From NCBI GenBank assembly GCA_964016885.1, contig OZ024741.1, positions 139,748,001 to 139,812,000 of the forward strand: 64,000 nt of DNA, in the 5' to 3' direction. Each line of letters starts with the position of its first letter. Positions within the stretch are counted from its first letter, which is position 1. A model generated the notes under the pieces. That model ran no database searches. It saw only the letters and a program-made list of their open reading frames with translations, and was not told the DNA's origin. The translations under genes and the position numbers were made by a program. The stretch is from Eledone cirrhosa (lineage: Eukaryota). Positions 14,814 to 29,109 of this stretch are shown in pieces.

Positions 14814-15860
14814 AACGATGGAAATGTGGTAAGGAACCAGATGGACCATAACGCACCAAAGTACTCAATACTTAGGGTAGTAGAGTGGGTAATAGGAACG
14901 AGTAGAACCCCGACGGCTGAGCTCAAGCCGTTTCGACGGCTAATTCTGGACTAAATGAACATTTTTATCCTGGTAAATGAATAGCCGAGCTTCTAAGGGT
15001 GTAATTCCATATATAGTAAAAGTAATTGTCACAAGGATTGGTCAAAAGTTTGTTGTTGAGATAGATAGTTATATCATGGCATTTTGTGGAAGGAAGGGGC
15101 CAATATACTAAAAAAAAAACTAAAAAAAACTAATACGAAAATTAACTTTTCGTATTAAATTTTTCATATATATCGTAAGAGCATTTATGTAGTTTGCATT
15201 AGAATTTATGTATTGTAGCGGTACTCTTATATATCGTATTAGTATTTATTTTCAGGATTCTGAATTAATATTTCGTATTAGTTTCGGGACTCTGAATTAT
15301 TATTTCGTATTAGTTTTTTTTTTTTTTTTTAGTATTTTGGCCGCCTACTTGTTGACCTGTCATTGTAAGATAGATTTGGCCGATTACTACTAACTCATAA
15401 AATTCTTTCACTACAATCTCGTATTTAGTATCCCGCCCCACCTATTAAACTTTTCTATAGTTTAGCAGTACCAGTGAGAGATTTGATGATTACGGTAGGG
15501 GAATAGTAACCAGAAATTGTTTTTTATATTTTTAATATTCTCATTTTTCTATATAGATTTACTCCATATAGATCTACTTATTGTTTCAACTTCCTCCTCT
15601 CTCCCCCTCTTGACCCCTTATCGTTAGGATTCTGCTGTAGTTGTCACTTTCAACGCACGACTCGGTTTCCTCCAATCCCTCTCCCTCTTTCTTCTACTGG
15701 CAAGTTCAGCTACCCCTTCCTTCCACAAAATGCCATGACAGAATTATGTGTCTCAACAACAAACTTTTGACCAATCCTTGTGACAATCACTTTTACCATA
15801 TATGGAATTATCCCCTGAGAAGCTCGGCTATTCATTTACCAGGATAGAAATGTATAACGA
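14814..15860 (-). mobile_element. Family C PLE-like element, longest copy, with inverted segment (14955-15097 vs 15712-15855). Short copies at 29899-30051, 35628-35814, 42202-42404, 50398-50566, 55391-55580
   Basis: Shared acccactctactaccc...ggtccatctggttccttaccaca motif. HHR on the minus strand at ~14908-15001: CCC-core-G..CGGCTA/TAGCCGTC-GAA-ACGGCT tgagctc AGCCGT-C-GGGG. Confidence 0.78.
15098..15342. mobile_element. MITE nested in the family C element
   Basis: TIRs GGCCAATATACTAAAAAAA...CTAATACGAAA and TTTCGTATTAG-TTTTT-AGTATTTTGGCC, with internal tttcgtatta repeats. No clear TSD. Confidence 0.7.
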
Positions 15861-16223
15861 GAGTGATCCAGTGAAGAAATGCTATAAACATACCATATAA
15901 AATAGGGTGAAGACACTTAGAAGATAAAAACAAAGTTTGCCAACGACCGCTATGAGGAATTGAACCCCATATCATCTGATACCGGCTAAAGCTCAGGAGC
16001 CAATATAAACGTATTCCTGTCATTTTAATTACTAGCAAAAAACCCACCTTTGGGTGGTTTACTGTTAGCATGTGTAGTGTGTATATTGATATTATACACA
16101 AATATATATGCATGTAAATAAAATCGTAATTGACAATATACACAGAAATTAAACGAAGACTATGTTACACTGTCTTCTGTAATCAGTAACGTAATACATG
16201 ATGCATTTAAAAAAAAAACGATA

Positions 16224-17640
16224 TCTATACTGTAAGGCTGACGGCCATATGTAGGTAACACACTTTCCGCCAAACGGCTGGACCAAACAGCACCAAATTT
16301 ACACCATAGATGTAACTTTTTCCAAGTAAAAAAGTGAGCCTATTTGTGTCTACTGAATTTTGTTAAAAGATTAAAGACATTATTTACATATTCCCTTTTT
16401 TTTAATTTCAAATGTCAACACTTCAGGCACTTCAGGTTATACGTGATTCTCACCTTTTCTTATGACGTCGCACAACATTCCCCTCTTTCTCTTAGCCTGA
16501 TTTTTAGATAGATACATAACTATAACGTAGCGCACTTATAATATGTCTCTCTATGACTGACTGTATGTATTAGATAACGTTTTTCGAAATATTTACTCCT
16601 CCCTTCACAGACAGATTTTTTAAGTTTCAGAAGATCCCGCTAAGGGTAAAAGCAGCAATTCTTGGCTTAAACTTTAATCTGTTATTTTAATATATATATT
16701 CGTGTACATATATTTTTACATGGACACTTACAAAAACCTATTTATTTCACGAAAGCACAGACGGCTTATCGTCAATGTTACTGTTCGAGGTTATAAGACC
16801 ACTGTCTTTCCAAGATGTTAAAACCATCAATGGCCATCAATGTTCCACTCAGCGTTTGGCTTGCCAGATGCGTGGTATTTTACACGATGACAGCCATTGG
16901 CACCTCATCCTGCAAGAAGCAGCAACTGTTAAAGTCCCTTCTCAGCTGCGAAAACGTTTTGCTATTATGCTGCACAACTGTGATCTCGCCGACTCTCTCG
17001 CATTGTGGAACAACCACCGTGAAAGTCTAGCTGAGGACATCCTGCATTGTGCACGCAGATGCAGTCAAATTTCCAATGAGGCGCTCATTTGTCTTGAAAA
17101 CAGTGACCTGGAGATTGGTGGTAGGCCTCTAAGTCACTACAGCTTACCTGCTCCTAACAGGAGTGTCCAGGGGTCAACGTCTACAGAGCTTCTCCGCGAG
17201 ACGAGCTACGAAATCAGTGATTCTTCCATGGTCAATTGTATGTAGGATGCTCTAGTGTTAGCCCGCCAAACAATCGCTTCATCTTTGCTCCGGAGGGCCG
17301 AACAAAAAATATTGTATACTCTGAGGCTCTAACAATGTAATTTAAATATATTCTGTTACTTGAAATTTACATTATGGTTGTACAAATTGTTTGTTAAAAA
17401 ATGTGTTCCCTGTTCAGCCTTTATTGTTGTAACTATCAATTTTTTTAACGTACTGGCTGCAGAACTGGGGAATCCTAAAAATTATTCAAACCCAACATCA
17501 GAGCACCTTAAGTACCCCCCCCCCCCCTCTCGCTGATTTGTGAGGGCGTGCGGTATCTTTGCACTGGAGTGTAGGGGGCATTCCTGAAAATATACAATTC
17601 CAGTATAGCTAGCCGTGGGCCAGCTGGACGGGGCCAGAGT
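16224..17640 (+). mobile_element. Internally deleted Helitron with RepHel fragment (16775-17245)
   Basis: 5' TCTATAC...aaacggctggacc...aaattt. ORF LLFEVIRPLSFQDVKTING...LACQMRGILHDDSHW..LQEA..PSQLR..F..ML..C..LW..LAEDI matches the Rep-helicase linker of Helitrons. 3' end uncertain. Confidence 0.8.
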
Positions 17641-20456
17641 GTGAATATATAAACTGCATTAGGAGAAAATTAGTGAAGGAAATATATGCGAGTATAAGTG
17701 TTATAATATAGCGGCCGCTAACCGGAAGTGTTGACATTTGACAATTTTAAAGAAGTGAATCTTTAAATGAACTATAAAATATATTTAATAAACAGCCACG
17801 AAATTTAGTAGATAAATTATGTAATATTCAATCACTATTTATTCAAAGTAATCCAACTTATTGTACAAACGGGGTAAAAAAAATATGTTCTGGAAGCAGT
17901 CCCGCACTCATTTCTTTATTATAGTTAAGATATATAATTGGAGATTGTTTGTTTACACACTGATGTTTGTATGATATATATATATATATATACATTCAGG
18001 AGACATGCACACTCATATATGTCTATATGTGTGTGTATATGTCTATACATAAACAGACTCATTCACTGCTTAATGAACACAACCACAATGATAAAGTCCG
18101 AACACAGAAAAGCCGAATTCCCACTGTCATCGCCGCCATCTCTCTCGCCTTCCCCATATCTCTGTATGGTGAGCAAATGGGGTCCCACGTTCTGGCCTCC
18201 TCACAGCCCCGGCGGACAGAATGGAGACGGCATTTACCCCGAGCATGGTAAGGGAGATGTGGTGGAAGAGTCATTCCAACTCATGAGGCTCACCTGCGGC
18301 TGGTGAGCTCAGCGCCTATGGTGCTCAGTAGGGAGGTAGCCCTAGGGCCAAGGACACCAGAAGTCTCCACTGCCAAGGGCACGACCTTGAACCTGTCGGA
18401 GAGCGACAGGTACTAGGAGAGGTTGGACTCCTCAGCCGGACGTGCAGTAGAGCTTGGGTTAGTCGCAGATCGCACCTGGTTGCGGCTGGTGAAAATGTCG
18501 CTGCAAGTGACATCCCAGATCAGAGGTTTGCCACCACAGGACGGGAAGATGTTCATACCGTCAGGCCTTTTGCCGTCTCCTCGGTCCAGCCCCGTGTGTT
18601 TGTGCCTGCGGGTCTGTGTCCCTGATTAATTTCATGAATGATTCTCACAAATATCGAAGATAATGCAATTTAACATAGCATCACCCATGAGAGAAGCCTA
18701 AGAAGTTACGCTTTAACCCTTTTGTCATTGTATCTGTCAAATATATAACGAATAATTTGAGTAATCTTCTAAAATTATCTATCTCATTAATAATATATAC
18801 CGTATCGTATGACTATTACATAAAATTAAGCAGGGATATGTTTATTCTTTTTAAGATGGATTGTTTTATTTATAAGTACCAGGTCCAGGTTTAGTCGGTT
18901 TGTTTAAAGATTGATAACCTATATTTACAATGTTTACCATATTTAACGATTTGTAATGTGCTCGAGATAATAAAACATGCCTTAATGTTTGCAAGCTCAT
19001 CTTTGAGAGAAAAAAAAATGTTTCGCATGGAATGTGAACAATCAAATGCTGTTTATTTTCAACCTTCATGTATTCAAATCATTTACAATCTGAATATATT
19101 CAATTTAAAATCATTATACCACAAAGCACTTCTAATTAAAATAAGCTTTGAGGCGAAACTAAAATAATCGCGAATTTATATCATAAACAACCAAGATACA
19201 TACTTACATTACGGATATTTTTCACAAAACATATCGACTTACATATAAGTTAACACGAAATTAAGCGGCCGTTTGTAGTGTCCTGAAGTCGTGGATTAGA
19301 TGATTTATAATTGTTGCAGATGAGTATGATTTGAGTTCAAATCCGTGCCTGTTCAGATTTACCTTTTATACTTTCGTAGTCGATAAACAAATTTCGACTT
19401 CAAAATATTCCTCTGATTGGTGGAATTGTTAATTATTCAAATCGAATTCTTCGTGGTATCTAATGTAGCCCTTTGAATTTTTAATTCAAATAACGATTGC
19501 GTTTGTTAACAGTTGCAACCGGGAGAAAGTAGCAGTAACAATAGATGTAATGCTTCATTTTATTAAATCAGATAACTTTCAATCATGTTAGGGACGAAAC
19601 ACGAACAGAGATTTTATCTCAAATATCCACATATAAAATGACGTAACAGACGATAACTTTAGAATATCAGATACCATATAAATCCCCTATATGTTCATAC
19701 CAACACTGACTTATTGTTTTCACACATGTTTCTATTTTGCGAAGCGATTCATGTGACTGCTTTTTATAGAAGATATTGCCGACGCTTTGTTTACAGAATC
19801 GTTATAGCGCCAGATATAATGCTTTTTGCTACTTTTTGAAACTAATTAGATTCTGAGAACAAATCAGGCAGAGATCAAATTTACTTTTCTTCCTTCTTTT
19901 TGTTCCGATAATCTAACGTAACAGTCAAGTAGTGGGGTCAATATAGTCTTTCACACAAATCGCAGGACTTTCTCCAGTATTTGAAAGATTTGTTACATTT
20001 CTTTTGTTATTTCCATGCAAATTGAAAATCGAAAGTTATTGTTGGTAGTAGACTTTTTAAAGACTTCACGAAGAAGGCTTCTCTATCAACCTATTAGTAA
20101 CCCCACTAATTGAAAGACTTTGTAAGCTGTTGATGTATTACATATTATTTAGACTATGTATCTTTTATTATTTCGGATATATTATTTTCTAGAATGTATT
20201 TATATGTATTATATACATTCATATAGACATATACTGAGGGAGAAGTAGAGGTACAGGGATATAGACTGAGAAAATATAGAGAAAGAGAGAAAAATACTTC
20301 AAATAATGTTGCATAAAACGAAATATTTATGTATGACTGTTTATTACTTTTGGCGGCGATGGAATCGAAATTCCTTATACCTTATATATACGAATACATT
20401 CATACACACACACACACACACACACATTCGCATGCACACACACACATACATACATA

Positions 20457-20531
<75 letters not shown>

Positions 20532-21212
20532 GTCAGTATTCCAGTATTTTCCTACTAAAACTTGATCCGGATTAAATTCGGTTACCTTTGATTTATATAT
20601 TCTAAATATATATAAATGAGATTTAAATATCACTGTTTATATTTGCATACTGATATATTTTATCTCCTTATTTGAAACCTTACTTAACTATGGCTATTGC
20701 ATGGTATGTATGTAATTCTCTTTCTTGGAAATGCATACTGTCATAGGCAAGACATCTTGCTAGCTACAAGAATTCTGAATAATGCTAACTGGTTACATAA
20801 CGCTAATCTCGCAATAAATCTCGTAACTTTTCAGAATTCCAGCCTCATAAACGACAGCAAATTTATTATGATTTTAAGCGAGTAACTTAAAAAGACATAA
20901 ATACAGCAAGCGCAGCAAACTGGGTTGCCTTCCTGAAGATCTACTTGAAGTTATCTTCAAAATATCAATGATTCTTGCCAAATATTGCTACATCTCACCA
21001 TAAAATTATTGACTTCCAAATATCAGAGACTATGTTTATAATCATATGGATATAAACTGGAATTTGTTTAACCTCTTTCTTACCAAATTTCAAATTCAAC
21101 AGAATTTGGTGGAATTTAGTAATATAGTAACTTTCACCTTTTAAGTTGGTGGATAAAGGATATTGAAGGTTGCATATGATTTTGGAGGAAATATTCTAGA
21201 AACATACAAACA

Positions 21213-21678
21213 CAAATAAGGGCGATGATTTTCAAAGATCCAGTACAACGTGGTAGAAATATTCAAAGGGTAAATGAGGACAAAGTAATGTTTTACCCAA
21301 TGTATTTCAACATGATATTCCAGGGCTATTACCCACTTTTGTAGGTTTGAAGCAGTTCGAAGCCAGAAGAACGATCGATGTATTTGTTCTCCTTATCTGG
21401 CCTACGTATCTGAAATACGTATTTCAGACATGTATGTGTATTTAAGACATGTATGTGTATTTCAGACACGCAGATCAGTTAAACAGAAAAGAAACATCGA
21501 TCGTTCGTGTTGATTTGAACTGTTTTGGCTGTTTCTGAAAGGATGGTATTAGCCTTGAAATGTGATGTTGCAATAGATTGGGTAAAACATTAATTTGTGC
21601 TTTTTATTTGTCAACATTTGCTCATTGCATTTTTCTACCACGTTGTACCGGCCTTTCGAAAATGGTCGGTCATTTATT
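21213..21678. mobile_element. Old palindromic MITE-like element
   Basis: ~190-bp imperfect arms (gtacaacgtggtagaaa/tttctaccacgttgtac; taatgttttacccaat/attgggtaaaacatta; gaacgatcgatgt/acatcgatcgttc). Centre has 19-bp gtatttcagacatgtatgt repeats. Confidence 0.75.
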
Positions 21679-22234
21679 GCATAGATGACAATGCTTCGTA
21701 AAAAAAAAAAATGATGTGTAATGTACAACCAAGCAGAGGACTGCTTAAAGCGTCATGTCATCAAAAGTGTTAATCTCTATTCCAATATAAACATGTAGAT
21801 AGTTCACAGTCGGTATTTTCGACTATACATCCGTTTCATGACAAACTTTCCAATCAGATGAGCGAGACAAGTAAAAAGTGCGAAAGTATTTAAACAATAA
21901 ATCCTTGGTCGAATGAAATGTCGGTATATCAGGAATAGATATCTAAGTTTCAACGTAATAGTTGACAATCGTGCTATGTGCCCTGAAACAGACAATATAA
22001 ATAATACTACTAACACATGTTCTCATTCCCACAAGAAATAATAACCTGGATGGTTCAAAGGGGCAACATCTTAAAATGGTATTTTCATAAATGTAAATTA
22101 ATTCATATCAAGATTTCGTTGTCCATCGTATGATTTCTGATTTTCGTATATTGTTACTAGATGCAAGAAATATCAGGCTAAGGAAACAATGTTTCCGGTG
22201 GTCTTACCATTGTTACACTGTTTAAAATATATGT

Positions 22235-22290
<56 letters not shown>

Positions 22291-22293
<3 letters not shown>

Positions 22294-22436
22294 CGTTACT
22301 GAATTTGTTTAGCAAGATTCTTTATCTGAAATCGTGTGTTGAAACCGATATTGTTATTCTTTGGGAGGGTCATGTTGCCAAGTGAAAGCAACTGGTGCGT
22401 GTGTTTCTTATTGGAAACATGGCCCTCCCAAAGTAT

Positions 22437-22441
<5 letters not shown>
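22291..22441. mobile_element. Minimal family A foldback in (TA)n
   Basis: Tail + ttgggagggtcatgttgccaa on one arm, ccctcccaaagtataacaa on the other. Confidence 0.8.
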
Positions 22442-22491
<50 letters not shown>

Positions 22492-23419
22492 GATATATAT
22501 ATATATATATATGGAGAATAGAAATTGCTGTGTAGTTGCTATTTATGGTAACTTAAAATACAGTGGGAATACGAAGAAAGCAAGAAAGGGGGGCGCGGGT
22601 GTTCCTCATTAGTTGTCAACAGGGGGTCTCGCATATTTCTACGCTTTAAAGACAAGATATCTACCGCCCAGGGCGTTCAATAACTGGATAAGTTATTGGG
22701 AAAACGGAAGAAGGAGGGAAGGAAAGCAATGGGGAAGAAAAGAGAAAACAATAACAAAACAGCGAAAAAAGCAACATACCGAGCAATATACGAGCAACTA
22801 TAGGTAGGAAATCCAAGACCACTCTGATAAGAGAACTTAAGTTCAAGACTGATATATATACATATATACATATATTCATTTATGATTTGTAGATTAGTTA
22901 TATATTTGACAATGAATAAAACCAGTCATTCCATATATTTAACCAAGACGTAATTGTAGCAAAAGCACCCTATTTACGCAACTCATGAATTGTTAATGTA
23001 TAATACCGTCATATGTGCAGGAATGGTGTTAAATATTAATTTGATTAAAATAACACGATGCGGGACTGGCAATAAAGAACCCTCAAACATGAAACGGCAG
23101 GAAAGTTGATGTACTTATTCACGTGACAGTCAGCAACCAAAAAAATGTCACTTATATATAACAACAAAACATGTGAGCCACATTTTTAAAGGGAAGTACA
23201 ATAAGAACTTTGTACCGCGAACTGGCGCGAAATTTATTATAATTATTCACGTGTCAGTCATCAAACAACCAAATTATTTTTTTAATAACCTAGCAATTCG
23301 AGCCACTTTTTTCCACATGAAACAGAAATAACATTAGAACACCAACCAGATGCGAGAACCCACCACCATCCCACGTATCACGATTCCACTTTTAAAAAAA
23401 CACACACATATATATATAC

Positions 23420-23489
<70 letters not shown>

Positions 23490-23493
<4 letters not shown>

Positions 23494-24535
23494 GACGTAA
23501 AATAAGAAAATTATAAAATGAACTTACTTACCAAAATTAGTTTCTGAAAGGGAATAAACATAGTTTCCGAAGAAACGTACGGAGAAGCCTTTCGTCATCA
23601 GGGAATCTATTCTCAGCTAAGTTTCCAGACGCAGTAGGCAGTGATGTTGTCAATGTCTTGGAACTTAGTCCACGCTTTGCTTTTTTCCATCCACTGAATT
23701 ATTTTTGTATAAGTTCCCTGTATCCACGCATCGCCTGGAAACTTAGCTGAGAATAGACTTCCCTGATGACGAAAGGCTTCTCCGTACGTTTCTTAGGAAA
23801 CTATGTTTATTCCCTTTCAGAAACTAATTAGTTGGAGTGAAATTTTAGTAAGTAAGTTAATTTTTAGAATTTTCTTATTTTACGTCTTTCATATTATTGT
23901 TCTGCATCCCCATGCATTGAACCACAAAGTTACTAAGACAAAACCTATATATTTGCTGGCATAAGTATGCATCTGTATATATATGTTAGTAGATATATTA
24001 ATTCTTTATAATTATCTCCAAATTATTTTGTTGAGTCAAAATTGGCCAAAACTGCTACTATAGTTCAGAGTAATGGTTCGGCTGCTGTCTTCTTAACAAA
24101 CCACTCCTCACTGATTAACCTCGATGTAACGTGATTGATTCTTTTGAATTTTCCACCGACGCAGTAGGCAGTGATTTTTTCAATGATTTGGAACTTAGTC
24201 CACGCTTTGCTTTTTTCCATCCACTGAATTATTTTTGTATAAGTTCCCTGTGTCCACGCATCGCCTGGAAACGTAGCTGAGAATAGACTTCCCTGATGAC
24301 GAAAGGCTTCTCCGTACGTTTCTTCGGAAACTAGGTTTATTCCCTTTCAGAAACTAATTAGTTGGAGTGAAATTTTAGTAAGTAAGTTAATTTTTATAAT
24401 TTTCTTATTTTACGTCTTTCATATTAGTGTTCTGCATCCCCATGCATTGAACCACAAAGTTACTAAGACAAAACCAATATATTTGCTGGCATAAGTATGC
24501 ATCTGTATATATATATGTTAGTAGATATACTAATT

Positions 24536-24539
<4 letters not shown>
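23490..24539 (+). mobile_element. Family D element: inverted short arm plus partial tandem with HHR cores at 23763 and 24293. Second copy 44718-45472 (core at 45228)
   Basis: 23490-23625 is the inverse of ~23735-23892. 23628-24010 repeats at 24158-24539. Core CTGATGA-CGAA..TTCG-GAAAC-NNN-GTT. Confidence 0.82.
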
Positions 24540-24621
<82 letters not shown>

Positions 24622-24684
24622 ATATATATATATATGGGTGTGTGTGTGGTGTGTGTGTGTATGTGTGAGGGTGTGTGTTTATGT

Positions 24685-24720
<36 letters not shown>

Positions 24721-24816
24721 AGTTCAATCAGGGGTAACCACAGTAATGTACTCAATACATAGCAGAGTATAAATGTTCTAGTCCTGTAGAAGCCATTTCT
24801 ATATTAAGTATACATA

Positions 24817-25060
24817 TATATAATTGAATATATGAGAGAGATGAACACGATTTAAATCGAGTCAGGCAAACGATATTGTTTTAAGTTCGTATTTTTATCA
24901 ACCTAGCTAACTCTGTCATTTACAATTGGAACACATGTATACTTATATGTGTGTTCATCTCTCTCATATATTCAATTATATGACACGGCTCGGAAAGAAT
25001 CCCTTCTTTGAGCTATTTAATTGTAAAAGACTATTTAGAGTTTCTAACTCAATGAATGAT
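24817..25060. repeat. Small asymmetric foldback element next to TA tracts
   Basis: atataattgaatatatgagagagatgaacac (~24818) is inverted at ~24952-24981, followed by an ~80-bp tail. Confidence 0.65.
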
Positions 25061-25077
25061 ATATATATATATATATA

Positions 25078-25411
25078 TGCTGAGGATCGCTCTGAACATT
25101 GATCAGTATGCACTGAGGATGAAAAACTCAGTGCTGTACGGGAGCCTCCCAAACGTCAGCTCAAAAGTACCACAGAGGAGAATGAGGTTAGATGGACATG
25201 CTCAGCGACATTTAGAGTTGACACTGCACTCAGCGCTCCTGTGGGAGCCCATGCATGGACACACTAGAAGAGGGAGACCGAGGTTGACATATGTTGATGC
25301 CAAAAGGACAGATTCTGGTCTCTTGGAGACACAGGACATCGCAGCAATGATGAGGGCCAGAGACCGTTGGAGAGAACTCGTCCATGTATCTTGAGAGTTT
25401 TACCCGCCCCA
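25078..25411 (+). mobile_element. RTE/RTE-X-like LINE 3' fragment
   Basis: MLRIALNI...NSVLYGSLPNVSSKV.QRRMRL.GH..RH....[20 protein letters not shown]...M..RDRWR. Ends gagttttacccgcc + (TA)n. Confidence 0.88.
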
Positions 25412-25426
25412 GATATATATATATAT

Positions 25427-25521
<95 letters not shown>

Positions 25522-25592
25522 AAGATATATATATATATATACATATATAAATATATACATGAATATATATATATATATATTGATATATATAT

Positions 25593-26303
25593 TAGATTTT
25601 ATAGCAAACATTTTCACTAGCTCTGACAGGTTGGCAGGGGAACAGTGAGCTGTATGGTGAAGGTTGATACCCAAAAACATTATATGCTATTTTCATATAT
25701 GGCTGAATACAATAAATGTAATCTGCGTTTTTCTAATATTAAAAACTGGGGTTACATTTATTGTATTCAGCCATGTAGAGCGAACTTTTTTATTTTTTAT
25801 TTGAATTTGGCAAAGCCGGCCATTTATCGCTCGCATATAGGAAACAGACTGGCCAGACCTGATATACAAATCTGGCTGATCAGTGGATCTGCTAATATGC
25901 AGATCCGACTGATCAGCCAGTCTGCTAACATGGAAATCAGGCCGATCAGTCACTATGTATTTTTGAAAATGGCATATATTTTCACTAGCTCTGACAGTTT
26001 GGCAGGTGATCAGTGAGCTGTACTGATGAAGGGTGATACCCAGAAACATTAGTTCTGTCGCATGCCAACACAAGAGCAAGAATGAAGTGTTCATTCTATT
26101 GACATGGCTATAAAATTGAGGCTTGTTTGCATAATTGCAACCGAATTGAATGTTATTATTAATATTCAATACGGGGTCGATAAAATAAAGTACCTGTATT
26201 GCACTGGTAATTGGTGGCCTTGTGCCAAAAGTTGAAACAATTATTAATATTCGAAAAACTCAGATTAAATTTATTGTATTCAGCCATGTAGAGCTAAATT
26301 TTC
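25593..26303 (+). mobile_element. Family O non-coding element with 33-bp internal repeats, HHR (~26017-26060) and embedded SINE remnant. Second copy 56979-57633
   Basis: ggctgaatacaataaatgtaatctg short inverted arm; ctgatcag...tctgctaatatgca repeats; CTGATGA-AGGGT GAT ACCCA-GAAAC. Confidence 0.75.
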
Positions 26304-28656
26304 TTATATATATATATATATATATATAAAGGAAATTAACTTCTCAGATTAATGAAAACATAATTATTCTTTCCATTTTTGGAAATCTCTCAGTTGCAAA
26401 TCATAGCAGAGGAAGACGGATTGAACTCAGAATGCACCAATCCTAATCGGTTAACAAAATTAAGCTTAATTGATACTTTAGCCATCCCACTACCTATAGA
26501 CTGGTACTTTGTTTATCGACTCCCATATGACGAATGCCTATGTTCAACTAGGCAAGATTTGATTTTGGAGCGCGGAGACCAAAAACATATACTGACGCAC
26601 TACACACAAAAGACACTGCGACTCTGCCTATTCACCGCCATATATACAATAATGCCACTGTTACTGATGTATTAGCATGTGACATGGTAGGAGTGTTAAT
26701 TTCAAAACACGAACCAGAATGCACTTGGCCTGATAATTAGAGCGTTGAACTAATGTTCATAAATACTATGATTTCATTCCTGCACTGAGTGATGCCTTGT
26801 GTTCCTGAGCAAAATGTTTTATTATACATCAATTCCGATGCTAAGATTAGTTTCGATATCAATACAACCCCTCCCCGAGAAACCTATACGCTTTAACTTC
26901 GTAGGCGGCTAGGTAAATCTGCATAACTCAGAGTTGGAAATATCAGTTGTTATCCCGTTTTGTGACACTACGGTGCATTGTATACATCATATATTCTTTT
27001 AACACGCCCGAAATTACAGTATAAAATATGATGTTGAGATATTCAGAGTTAGGAGGAAATGTACGTAATAAAGGTGAAAAAACTATAAAGAAAAAGCTAA
27101 TTTGTAGTGTCAAACATGCATTTATATAAAATTCTTTTCGATTAGTTATCGAGAGCATCGCGACAATGTTGGAAGAGCAACAAGAATTTTATTGATCTTC
27201 CAATTATTCTCATAATTTTCCTTTCATTTTATGTGACAGCTTCATATATTGTACGGCTATGCCATTACCTCTAAATTAGCTGGCGTGTCGTGAAGCAACG
27301 ATGTTGTTTGATGTTCGAATTTTGGGCGCTATCAATCACAAACATGAGAATCATTAATTTTTCTGAGCTACCTGTGAAAGACAAATACAGCTAGAAAGAG
27401 ACACCACGGTTTGATAGCGAAGAAGAAGAACTACATAACTGTCGTCCACCCACTTATCTTCTCCCAATTAAAGTATCTGAGAAGATAGAGATATAATATA
27501 CAGTAAGGTCTATCCTAATGAAAGCTGATATATCTAGCGACTGAATTAAGTGAATCAGCGCTGTGTTGTCATCATATAACTGTAGATGATAATAATAATT
27601 GTTTCTATGTTTATATTGAGGCACACGAATGACATTAAATCGACCTCAGTCTTGGACTAGTACTATTTTACATCAGCCCTGTGAGGATGAAACGCATTGG
27701 TTATGCAAACAATGTTTGACTATGCAAGTATTTACTGATGAAATGGTATTATATTTGGTGAATAATTTAGGAGAATCTATATACTTCTAAATCTCACTGA
27801 TCGCTTGCTTGCTTGCTTGTCTCTAATTTAATGCATCCAAAAGGGCGCATAATGGGAAAATGCTTTCAAAGGAAGTTGACCCTGAAATGGGAATACAAAT
27901 AGAATAGAACAAGTTTCGCGTAAATCAGAGCAGGGTTCCCGAGGTACGTGGTTTTATCGGGTACCTTCATAAATAGAGGGCGAGAAGGATAGAAGAAAAG
28001 AGACAGTGGTTGTGAGAGAGTAGATTAAAAGAGAGACATAGAGAGAGAGGAGACAAGAATGAAACATGGAAGAGAACGAGAGAGAGAGAGCTGAAGGTGC
28101 TGTTGAATGAAATTATAACCGGTGACTTCAAAGAAACGAATACAGCATTACTGTATCTTAGTATATAGAAAGGGTTTCTAAGTGTGTGTGTGAATATATA
28201 TATATATATATATATATGTATCATTGTGTGTATGTGTGTATGTGTGTATGTGTGTGTGTGTGTGTGTAAAAAGTAAATACAAATAAGATAGATTGAAGGG
28301 ACGAGTGGGTTGGAATTGGAAAAAAATGTCTTTAGATAAAAATAACAGGTCTATTCCTGTTGATATGGCTCGGAAAAGCTTTTGATGCTGGCATTTTGTG
28401 TAAGATTTATTTTTTTTAGAAAAGTGGATGATGGAACGCGTGTACCTGATATGGAAATAAAACCGTTTTGTAAAAGGAGCTATACTTTTGCATGTGTATG
28501 TCTGAATGTGCTATTATACGCCTGTACAAAGCTAAGAAGAAACGCGTAATATGTAATAAAAGCGTGTGTGTGTGTGTCTGCTTGTAAGTACGAAGCTATG
28601 AGCAAAATTATGTATATATATATATATGTGTGTGTGTGTATATACACACAGACACA

Positions 28657-28763
<107 letters not shown>

Positions 28764-29109
28764 GCCTTCCAATTTCATTTTACATTACATACGTGTCTGT
28801 GTTGATTATTTAAAAATTATGTTTAAATGAACGTGGCCCAACGGGTGACGGATGGTCTAGTATATAATAAATCCCAGTTTATTACAGTACAATAGGAATT
28901 TGTTGTTTTCATATTAGGTTTATACTTCAATGCAAATCAAGACACAACATTATGTTATTTTATATATTCCATTAGATTGCAACCATGCTGTGACCCCGCA
29001 TTGAAGGCATTTAGTCAACTTTATCAGGCGTGACATATTTTATCGATCTCTATTCCTGAGAGGGTCGTGTTTATTTGTATATATGTGTTTATATATATAT
29101 ATATATATA

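Noticed and set aside
25645-26169. Overlapping 123-aa and 158-aa ORFs with 11-aa periodicity
   Set aside because: Caused by the 33-bp repeats of family O; the long ORFs are not preserved at full length in the second copy.
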